DNA of 64,000 nucleotides, from positions 740,582 to 804,581 of the forward strand of contig NZ_JBKBOG010000001.1 of the NCBI RefSeq assembly GCF_046294995.1. The letters are read 5' to 3'. Shown piece after piece: positions 28,550 to 37,001 of this stretch (its first letter is position 1; every line of letters starts with the position of its first letter). This stretch comes from Blastomonas sp. (GTDB lineage: Bacteria > Pseudomonadota > Alphaproteobacteria > Sphingomonadales > Sphingomonadaceae). The notes below the pieces were generated by a model. The model was given only the letters and a program-made list of their open reading frames with translations, searched no databases and was not told where the DNA came from. The position numbers and the translations under genes are program-made.

Positions 28550-31453
28550 ATGTATAATGTTAGGAACGTACTTCTTGGCTCTGTGGCACTGCTCTCCCCG
28601 ATCTGCCTGCAATCTGCGCAAGCACAAAGCGTGCTGCCAAGTTCATCTGGACCTGAGGCTGCTGAAGAAATAATCGTTACTGGGTCGCGGATTGTTCGCA
28701 CGGGCGCAGATACCTCGACCCCAACTGTCATGCTTGATTCAGCTTCGGTCGAAGCGGCAGGGATAGTGAGCGCCGGCGATTTGCTTCGCCAGCTTCCAGC
28801 CTTGTCACCAGGTCTCTCGTCAGAAAGCTCTGGCGTGACGTTCAATGGCGCTGGTCTGGACCTGTTGGACCTACGCTCGCTGGGCACCAACCGGACTCTC
28901 GTACTGGTCAATGGGCGGCGCCAGGTGGGTTCCAATCCTAATACCACCGCGGTTGATATCAACACCATCCCAACCCCCATGATTGAGCGCGTAGAGGTCA
29001 TCACAGGTGGCGCATCAGCTGTCTACGGCGCCGACGCGGTCTCCGGCGTGGTAAATTTCATCCTCAAGCGAGATTTTGACGGTATTGAGTTGGGCGGCCA
29101 GCTTGGCACGTCTTCGCGCGGGGACGCGGACAGGTATTCGATCAATGCCACGGCGGGGGCCAACTTTGCTGATGGTCGCGGCAATATCACCGGGCACGTG
29201 GCTTATACTTCGGAAGGTGGGATTGGCTTTGATCAGCGCAAGCGGGCTATATCCGGCCTTAACTGGGTGCCCAATCCCGCAAACACCGGGCCCGCAGACG
29301 GGATCGATGATTTCGTCACCCTAGCAAATGTTCGGCAGCTGGGTGGTCAGCAGGAATCGATGTTCCTACTCAATCGCGGCGCTGGCACCGAAGCATTTGC
29401 GTTCAACGCCGATGGCTCGGTTCGCAGCTTCGGACTTGGACCGTCGGGTCTGATTGGCGGAGGCCAGATTACCGACGGTGGCGAGGCAGAACTGGGCTAC
29501 GACGCACAGTGCCCGCAAGCCAAATGCGCCCTCAAGATCCCTGTGGAACGCGTGCTGATCTCGCTGGCGGGTCATTACGAGGTCAATGAATCAGCAGAGC
29601 TGTATTTTGAAGGCCGCTTTGCAAACACCAAATCGTCATCGCGCTTTGGCTCGGTGTTCGAAATTCCGCCGACGACCAACCGGATCAGCATCGACAATCC
29701 TTTCGTCACGCCTTCTCTTCGTGCCCTGATGGTTCAGGCAAACGTCACCAGCATCGGCGTGCTGCGTTCGGATCAGGAACTGGGTCTTCGCGGCCAGGAT
29801 ACCAACCGTGACCTATATCAGCTCGTTGCCGGAACACGCGGCATGATCGGTTTTGGTGACCTGCGTTACGACGCGTCGGTGCAATACGGTTCAGTCAATT
29901 TCACCAACACACGCGTGAACGATGTCGACCAGGCCAAGTTCCTGAATGCGCTGGATGCGGTCCGCGATGCGAGTGGCGCGATCGTCTGCCGGTCGGATGT
30001 TGCTCGCTCGCAAGGCTGCGTACCGATCAACTTCCTGCAGACCGGGGCGGCGATCAGCCCTGCCGGGGTAAATTACATTCGTATCCCGTTCGCCACCGAA
30101 ACCGCGAGGTTGAACCAGTTGGTCGCGACAGCGAACATCACCGGATCGATCGGTGACTTCTGGGGCGCGGGCAATATTTCCTTCGCGGGCGGCATCGAAT
30201 ATCGCAAGGAAGAGAGCACCTATCTGACCTCACCCGTTGACCAGGCGGGGCAAGGATTCTTCTTTACCCGCCGACAGTCGACCGCAGGGCAGTTTGACGT
30301 GCTCGAGTTTTATGGCGAAGTCGTCGTCCCGCTGCTGACCGATCGTCCGTTCTTCGAACGACTGGAACTGGAAGGCGCTGTTCGCACGTCCGATTATTCG
30401 ACCTCGGGCCGCGTCACCAGCTGGAAAGTGGGCGGAACTTGGGCGCCGGTATCCGATATCAGGTTTCGCTCGGTCCTCGCCCGCGCCGTTCGTGCACCCA
30501 ATGTCGGCGAACTGTTTTCGCCGGGCAGTGAAGGCTTCATCACGGTCGATGATCCATGCGACGTTGATTTCATCAGTGGCGGCTCATCGTCGCGCCGAGC
30601 GAATTGCGCCGCTCTGGGCGTTCCTGCGAACTTCCTCTCCAACGCCCGCACGATCAACATCCGGACAGCGACAAGCGGCAATGCGCAGCTGGATGTCGAA
30701 ACCGCCGACACCCTGACGGTCGGTGCGGTCATTGCGCCGTCCTTCCTTCCGGGCTTCAGCGCCACTGTCGACTATTTCAAGATCAAGATCAGCAATGCGA
30801 TCAACGTGTTCGGTGCGCAGGACATCCTCAACAACTGCGTCGACCTGACATCGATCGGCAACGCCTTCTGCTCCTCGGTAACCCGTGCGGCAGATGGATC
30901 GATCAACCAGATCCGCCGGCAGAACATCAACGTATCGCGGCTCGACCGCGAGGGGATCGATCTTGAATTGCGCTACCGCCAATCGCTGGGTGATATGGGT
31001 TCGGTTAGCTTCAACTTCGTCGGGACCCATATGATGAAGGTGACCACGGTAATTGCACCGGGCACAATTACCGGCAGCAACGTCATTGACTTCAACGGCG
31101 AATATGGCTTCCCTGAGTGGAAGGGGCGTGCAAGCGCGACCTGGAACTTTCAGCCGTTCGACCTGACAGGTACGCTCACCTATTTCTCGTCGATGCAGCG
31201 CGATGTTCAGCCCGTCCAGCCGGAAGACAACCGGGCGACAACCAAAGCACCCGATTTCTTCCTCTTCAACATGCAGGCCGGATACGAACTCAGGGAGGGA
31301 ATGCGGTTCTTTGTCGGCATCGACAACCTGTTTGACCGCCAACCGCCGTATCTGCCCGAAACCCGCGCAGGCGGTGCTGGCAGCTTCACCGGGGTGGAAA
31401 TCTACCCCGTGACGGGTCAGTTCTTCTACACCGGGGTCAAGCTTCGCTTCTGA
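28550..31453 (+). CDS. TonB-dependent receptor
   Basis: Signal peptide ..ICLQSAQAQS, plug motifs (IIVTGSRI, LRSLGTNRTLVLVNGRR, IERVEVITGGASAVYGADAVSGVVNFI) and a C-terminal ..FYTGVKLRF. Confidence 0.92.
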   Translation: MYNVRNVLLGSVALLSPICLQSAQAQSVLPSSSGPEAAEEIIVTGSRIVRTGADTSTPTVMLDSASVEAAGIVSAGDLLRQLPALSPGLSSESSGVTFNGAGLDLLDLRSLGTNRTLVLVNGRRQVGSNPNTTAVDINTIPTPMIERVEVITGGASAVYGADAVSGVVNFILKRDFDGIELGGQLGTSSRGDADRYSINATAGANFADGRGNITGHVAYTSEGGIGFDQRKRAISGLNWVPNPANTGPADGIDDFVTLANVRQLGGQQESMFLLNRGAGTEAFAFNADGSVRSFGLGPSGLIGGGQITDGGEAELGYDAQCPQAKCALKIPVERVLISLAGHYEVNESAELYFEGRFANTKSSSRFGSVFEIPPTTNRISIDNPFVTPSLRALMVQANVTSIGVLRSDQELGLRGQDTNRDLYQLVAGTRGMIGFGDLRYDASVQYGSVNFTNTRVNDVDQAKFLNALDAVRDASGAIVCRSDVARSQGCVPINFLQTGAAISPAGVNYIRIPFATETARLNQLVATANITGSIGDFWGAGNISFAGGIEYRKEESTYLTSPVDQAGQGFFFTRRQSTAGQFDVLEFYGEVVVPLLTDRPFFERLELEGAVRTSDYSTSGRVTSWKVGGTWAPVSDIRFRSVLARAVRAPNVGELFSPGSEGFITVDDPCDVDFISGGSSSRRANCAALGVPANFLSNARTINIRTATSGNAQLDVETADTLTVGAVIAPSFLPGFSATVDYFKIKISNAINVFGAQDILNNCVDLTSIGNAFCSSVTRAADGSINQIRRQNINVSRLDREGIDLELRYRQSLGDMGSVSFNFVGTHMMKVTTVIAPGTITGSNVIDFNGEYGFPEWKGRASATWNFQPFDLTGTLTYFSSMQRDVQPVQPEDNRATTKAPDFFLFNMQAGYELREGMRFFVGIDNLFDRQPPYLPETRAGGAGSFTGVEIYPVTGQFFYTGVKLRF

Positions 31454-31528
31454 AGACGCCGCGCAATGCCGGTCTGCGGTGCAGGCCGGCATCTGTCTGC
31501 CTGTATCGATGCATTGAGGCTGATTGCC

Positions 31529-33676
31529 ATGAACATGAACTTGCTGATGCACACGGTCGCGATCGCTGGCCTTGCCGCATATGGTGCCCTGATCATACCT
31601 GCTGCCGCACAGTCGGCCGCTGTTGGCGAGGTCCACGGACCCGCGTATCTCGACGACAGTTACGGCAAAAAGGCTCTCGATTGGGTAAAACGAGAGCATG
31701 GCGCCACGCTGAAAACCCTTCAGGCCGATCCGGCATTCGACGGCTTTCGACAGGAAGCTGCTGAAGTGCTGACCGCTCCTGACCGTCAGGAAGGCTTGCG
31801 GATGACACCCGGCTTCATGACACAATACTGGCAGGGCCGGGAATCCCCAATGGGCGTTTGGCGGCGCAGTCCGCAGGCAGCCTGGCTTGCAGGTACGCCC
31901 GAATGGCAAACGCTAATCGATTTCGACGCACTGGGACAAAAGGAAGGCCGCCGGTGGATTTTTGGCGGCGCAAGCTGCCGCACCAACGGTCGCTGCCTCG
32001 TCCAGCTCTCTGACAATGGCAAAGATGCCGCCGAAATCCGCGAGTTCGATCTTACCACCACCAGATTTGTGGAGAATGGCTTCAAGCTCCCCGTAGGCAA
32101 GCATCGCTTGTGGTGGTATGACGACGACACTGTGTTGGTTGCGCCTGTCCTCGATCGGTCGAGCCTCAATGCTTCGCTGTTTCCCAAAACCTTGCGGGTC
32201 TGGAAGCGCGGCCAGCCGATCGCGCAGACCACGCCGATATTCAGTATCAGCGATCATGACGCATCTCTTTCCGCGACCCTGATTGGCGCCGCCGGATCGG
32301 CTAAGTTCGTCGCGGTGCGCGGCATCGATTTCGAACGCCAGGAATTCAGGCTGATGGACCTTGCCGGCGCATCCACCAGATTGCCGCTTCCTGAGCTTGC
32401 CGACAGCTATGGCGTCCATGATGGCAGGCTGTTGCTGCGCCCCGAGGCGGACTGGACGCCACTGCGGGGTGGTCAGACGTTTGCTGCCGGAAGCCTAGTC
32501 GGTATCGACCTTGCCGCGTTGATGGAGCGTGCTGAAATCGCGGTGCCGACGCTACTTTATACGCCATCGGGCGATGACGCCGTGCGCGGCGTGGTTACCG
32601 TTGGAGACAGGCTGTTCGTCGAACTGCTGCACGATGGATATAGCCGCATCGAGGAACTGGCGAGTACAGGCGATACCGGTTTGCGCCCGCGTTTGCTGCC
32701 CCTCCCGGATGACAGGTTCATCACGGTCCTTGGTACTGCAAACGGCAAGATACTCGTCCAGGAACAGTCGCCGCTGACGCCCGGCACGATCAGTCTGGTC
32801 GATCCCGATACGGGTGCGCAGCAGCAGATCTATCAGCGCGCAGATGCATTCGATTCGCGCAATCTCGTCACCACCCGTCATCATGCTGTCAGCGCTGACG
32901 GCACGCGCATTAGCTACACCGTGATGCACAAAAGCGATCTGACGTTCGACGGCAGCCATCCGACGCTTGTCTATGGCTATGGCGGCTATGATGTTGCGGT
33001 AACCCCGCGCTACGAGCCGATTTTCGGAAAGCTGTGGCTCGAAAAAGGCGGCGTCTACATCCACGCCAACCTGCGCGGAGGGGGCGAACATGGACCAGCA
33101 TGGCACCGCGCCACGATGCGCGAGGGCCACCCGCTGGCCTTTGATGACATGGAAGCGGTGCTGCGCGACGTTCAGCGCCGCAAGATCAGCTCGCCCGAGC
33201 ACACCGGTATCATTGGCCGCTCGAACGGCGGACTGCTGGTCGCAGCCGTCATGCAACGCCAGCCCGATTTGATGAACGCGGTTGTCGTCGGCGGGCCGCT
33301 GATCGACATGCTCAATTTCCACCAACTGCCGCCTGGCGGCTCGTGGCTTGCCGAATATGGCGACCCCGACATAGCCGAAGATCGCGCATTCCTGGGCGCA
33401 TATTCACCGATGCAGACGATCGCTGGATCGCAGACGCGCTATCCCGTTCCGCTGATCATCACCGCTACCGACGACGATCGTGTCCTTCCCGGCCACGCTC
33501 GGCGCTATGCGGACATGCTTCGTCAGAAGGGTCATGCCTCGTTATATTTCGAGGACGACCAAGGTGGACACTATTGGGAGCTTGCCGGCGGCCCGGCACC
33601 CGGGGACTGGAGGCGCAGGTCGGTCGCGCGGGCCGCCGAGTTTACATACCTGTGGCAACAGCTGCGAAAGAAGTGA
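31529..33676 (+). CDS. Prolyl oligopeptidase family (S9A-like) serine peptidase, secreted
   Basis: Signal peptide MNMNLLMHTVAIAGLAAYGALIIPAAAQS, propeller-like N-terminal region, C-terminal YGYGGYDV, ANLRGGGEHGPAWH and nucleophile GRSNGGLL motifs. Confidence 0.85.
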   Translation: MNMNLLMHTVAIAGLAAYGALIIPAAAQSAAVGEVHGPAYLDDSYGKKALDWVKREHGATLKTLQADPAFDGFRQEAAEVLTAPDRQEGLRMTPGFMTQYWQGRESPMGVWRRSPQAAWLAGTPEWQTLIDFDALGQKEGRRWIFGGASCRTNGRCLVQLSDNGKDAAEIREFDLTTTRFVENGFKLPVGKHRLWWYDDDTVLVAPVLDRSSLNASLFPKTLRVWKRGQPIAQTTPIFSISDHDASLSATLIGAAGSAKFVAVRGIDFERQEFRLMDLAGASTRLPLPELADSYGVHDGRLLLRPEADWTPLRGGQTFAAGSLVGIDLAALMERAEIAVPTLLYTPSGDDAVRGVVTVGDRLFVELLHDGYSRIEELASTGDTGLRPRLLPLPDDRFITVLGTANGKILVQEQSPLTPGTISLVDPDTGAQQQIYQRADAFDSRNLVTTRHHAVSADGTRISYTVMHKSDLTFDGSHPTLVYGYGGYDVAVTPRYEPIFGKLWLEKGGVYIHANLRGGGEHGPAWHRATMREGHPLAFDDMEAVLRDVQRRKISSPEHTGIIGRSNGGLLVAAVMQRQPDLMNAVVVGGPLIDMLNFHQLPPGGSWLAEYGDPDIAEDRAFLGAYSPMQTIAGSQTRYPVPLIITATDDDRVLPGHARRYADMLRQKGHASLYFEDDQGGHYWELAGGPAPGDWRRRSVARAAEFTYLWQQLRKK

Positions 33677-33769
33677 ATGTCACTTGGGCCGCGTTTGCGG
33701 CCCAAGTGTGGCTGGTGCATGCTGTCCTAGACGACAAGTGGCTTGCCGATCACCTGCTGTCCGGCAAAT

Positions 33770-35404
33770 TCATTCGACAATTGCCAGTGGCTGCGCGGGA
33801 TCGGCTAATGCATTAGCATGCGGCCGGTAGGCAGGCGCGACCCGAGCGCCAGCCGCCTGTTCAAATGCATAGCCCGCCTTGATCACGTCATGATCCGCCC
33901 ATTGTTTGCCGATGAATGACAGCCCCACCGGAAGCCCTGACACGGCGCCCATCGGCACGGTAATATGCGGATATCCCGCTACGGCAGCCATTTGGCTCTG
34001 ACTGGGCGGGCCAAAATTGTCGCCGTTGACAAGATCGGACAACCAGGCCGGGCCGTTGCTGGGACCGATCAGAAACCTCACATCGTGCTGCTTCATCAAG
34101 CGATCGATGCCCTTTTCCCCGGCCAGTTTTCGCGACTTGGCAAGCGCCTCGATATACTCAGGATCATCAAGACCCTTTTGGCTTTCGGCGATCTCGAACT
34201 GATCCTGGTCGAACCATGCCAGCTCGGTGGCGGCCTGGGACTTGTTGAAGGCAATCAGGTCGGCCAGTGTTCGGCTGGACACCCCTGCAGGGGTTGTCGC
34301 CAGATAACCGTTCATGTCCGCCTTGAGCTCGGTCATCAGCACCTTGCGCTCGGCCTCGCGCAATTCCTCCAAGCCGGTTCGGCTGTCTGCGATCTCGACC
34401 AGCACTGCTCCGAGAGCCGACAAATGGCCTAACGCGTTTGCAAACGCGGCCTTGACGCCTGCGTTGCCACCCGTGCGATCGGCCAGCACCCCGATCCTTA
34501 CGCCACGCAGATAATCGCGCGACAGATTCTTGGCATAATCGGTGCGCCGGGAATCGGCCTGCTGAGTTGCCGGATCCGCAGGGTCGCTGCCGGCCAGCAC
34601 TGTTAGCGTGATCGCCGCATCCATAACGCTGCGCGCCATCGGTCCTGCGGTATCCTGACTGTGGCTGATGGGGATGATATGCGTGCGCGAAACCAAGCCG
34701 ACGGTGGGCTTGAATCCTACTAGGCCGTTCATCGATGCGGGGCAGGTGATCGATCCATCGGTCTCGGTACCGATGGTGATCGCAGCCAAGCTTGCAGCAG
34801 CCGCCGCACCACTTCCCGATGAGGATCCGCACGCGTTGCGATCCAAGGCGTAAGGGTTCTTCACCAGGCCCCCGACGCTCGACCATCCGCTGGTCGAGCT
34901 GGTTGACCTAATGTTGGCCCATTGGGAGAGGTTGGTCTTGCCCAGAATGATGGCACCTGCAGCCTTGAGCCGCGCGACCAAAGGTGCGTCGCGGTCGGTG
35001 ATGTTGGCCGATAGCGCATTAGAACCAGCGGTGGTTGGCACAGGCCCTGCTGCCTCGATGTTATCCTTGATCAGCACGGGAATACCGTGGAGAGGACCGC
35101 GAAGTTTGCCCGCCTTGCGCTCTGCGTCCCTCAGACGCGCTTCGCTCATCGCATCGGGCATGACGGCGATGACGCTATTAAGACTTGGCCCTTGGCGATC
35201 GATCTTGCGAATCCGATCCATATATTCGCGCACGAGATCAACACTGCCGACGCTGCCCGAATCCATCATTCGGCCTAGGTCAGAGATCGATTGTTCCTCG
35301 ACCGAAACCGCACGCGCGGCCGGTTCTGGCGTCTGGCTAACTGCCGGAGCAGCGCAAGCCGTTAAAAGCGTCAAAACAGCTAAGCGCGAGGAGGATTTTT
35401 GCAT
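33770..35404 (-). CDS. Amidase (amidase-signature family), secreted
   Basis: Signal peptide, then GPLHGIPVLIKDNI and the Gly/Ser-rich AS block ACGSSSGSGAAAAASLAAITIGTETDGSITCPAS. Confidence 0.9.
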   Translation of the reverse strand: MQKSSSRLAVLTLLTACAAPAVSQTPEPAARAVSVEEQSISDLGRMMDSGSVGSVDLVREYMDRIRKIDRQGPSLNSVIAVMPDAMSEARLRDAERKAGKLRGPLHGIPVLIKDNIEAAGPVPTTAGSNALSANITDRDAPLVARLKAAGAIILGKTNLSQWANIRSTSSTSGWSSVGGLVKNPYALDRNACGSSSGSGAAAAASLAAITIGTETDGSITCPASMNGLVGFKPTVGLVSRTHIIPISHSQDTAGPMARSVMDAAITLTVLAGSDPADPATQQADSRRTDYAKNLSRDYLRGVRIGVLADRTGGNAGVKAAFANALGHLSALGAVLVEIADSRTGLEELREAERKVLMTELKADMNGYLATTPAGVSSRTLADLIAFNKSQAATELAWFDQDQFEIAESQKGLDDPEYIEALAKSRKLAGEKGIDRLMKQHDVRFLIGPSNGPAWLSDLVNGDNFGPPSQSQMAAVAGYPHITVPMGAVSGLPVGLSFIGKQWADHDVIKAGYAFEQAAGARVAPAYRPHANALADPAQPLAIVE

Positions 35405-35623
35405 AAAGTATACGTAACTGACCGGGGAGGGCGTGGCAACCTGCCCAACGCAGATAGTGATTCAATCAAGATGCGGGGTCTATCTGTAGCCAATCCAGCG
35501 CTGAGGTTTTAAGTAGCGGTATGTGGCGATGCGAGGAGGCCGCCGAAAAATTTCGTCCGCGCATGAATTCATGTGTAAATCTTGCCGCTGCGAGATAAAT
35601 TAATTCCCAGTAAGTTTTCTATT

Positions 35624-35786
35624 GCGGGTGTTTTTCTCAAGTTAAGTGTATGTATTTGAAAACATTTTTTTAATACAGGCCCGCAAAAATTAGTCCCACA
35701 GTACGTACCCCAAGTGGAATACACGCCATCTAAACCGTTCCTAGACTATGACAAACTGCGATATGATTGTCTATTATTTTCCAGCA
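35624..35786. repeat. Degenerate internal att remnant (gcgggtg) plus island-end module, copy Y
   Basis: gcgggtg matches 7 nt of the att core. The following ~155 bp is homologous to 27798-27951, about two-thirds identity by eye and about 25/29 over the first block. Confidence 0.6.
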
Positions 35787-35989
35787 CGGCCTGAATGGTC
35801 TGCGTGAGATTGACGCCCAGATCTATCGGGTCAGGGCAGCTCGCACGAAAGGACGTCCCGCCCAATTACGGTCGGGTATTTTGGTAGGGCCGTTGGCAAT
35901 CGCAGTGTTATATCGGGAATAGGTTACGAGCGCCTCGCTGGTGACCCGGCATCCAAGAAACGAATTCGTCTGGGGCGTTTAAGGCATCC

Positions 35990-37001
35990 CTAAATCTTGT
36001 ATAGATTCCGACCATCAATTTTAACACAGTAAGCTTTAATATCGGGCTCGCCCGCAACCAACTTAATTCCACTTGTATAATTTAATGCATAGCGACGTGG
36101 CTGGGTATAAAAAGCGTGAACGGGCTCCTTAGCAGCTTGTTCTGCTGCCAGAGCGAAAAGACACATTGCAAGAGATAAAGTTTTCGGACCGAATGGAGCA
36201 AGCGCGCAGGTCCGCTCAGCGTTCTTTGTGATGTTACAGAGAGCGTCAAAAGCATTTGAAACATCATACATGTCGACTTGCCAGCGATTTTCGGTGCTCG
36301 GATTACGGCTTTCCATCTCAGCTTCAAGGCTGCGAAGGAAATCCCAATTTCGAAAAAAGTTTGGGGGCCCGGGGGGGGAACGGAAACAGGTACCGGACTT
36401 TCCCGATATCGGCTTCAAAGATGTCCCTTAATCCCAAGGGAGCAAACCCGACCCCGACAACCAGCTCATCGTAGCTATCAGCGCCTCGCGGGCTATCGAA
36501 TGTCGGCAAAGGACCAAGCGCGGCTGGATCTGATGAAAGCTGCTCTTCATAGGCCTCGGCTGACGTGTAGGTAAATATAATTGTAGAAACGTCTTCATAC
36601 TGCAACATAAAACGGGTGATAGGGAAAAACCACCGCTTAGGCATCGATGTGATATCAATTATGACCCGGTGCCCAGCCTGCTGCAGGAAGCTATCAAGCT
36701 CCTCTTTTATCGTATCAATATCCTGGAGAAGATCGACCGTACAAATATCTGAAGATAGGAGCCCTTCCTTTTCAAGCCGCCCCTGAATCTCAACGAATCG
36801 TTCATCGAATGCAGAAGCAGGAGACATATGCGGATCAAGAATCTTAAAAAACTTCTTGGCGTTTAAGCCCGTATTGAGGGCGTTTAGTGCTGCAACACAG
36901 CGATCCTCAGTGCCCAAAACACCCAGTAGACTCCAAGGATCACCTGGAAGTTGGGAAATAACCCACTGAAGCGGCCCCCAAGGTCGATATGTATTAGGCA
37001 T
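35990..37001 (-). pseudogene. Unknown alpha/beta (Rossmann-like) protein, fourth gene of the MTase operon, split by a frameshift at a C8 tract (ORFs 36324-37001 and 35990-36418)
   Basis: The two minus-strand ORFs overlap around cccccccc (minus strand). Removing one C fuses ..GKVRYLFPFPP to GPPNFFRNWDFLRSLE.., giving about 336 aa. The ATG at 37001 overlaps the upstream stop by 8 nt (ATGCCTAA). Confidence 0.6.
36363..36378. repeat. Homopolymer cluster G5-C3-G8 (plus strand) at the frameshift site
   Basis: gggggcccgggggggg read directly. It is a GC-only 16-mer inside ~45% GC DNA. Confidence 0.9.
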
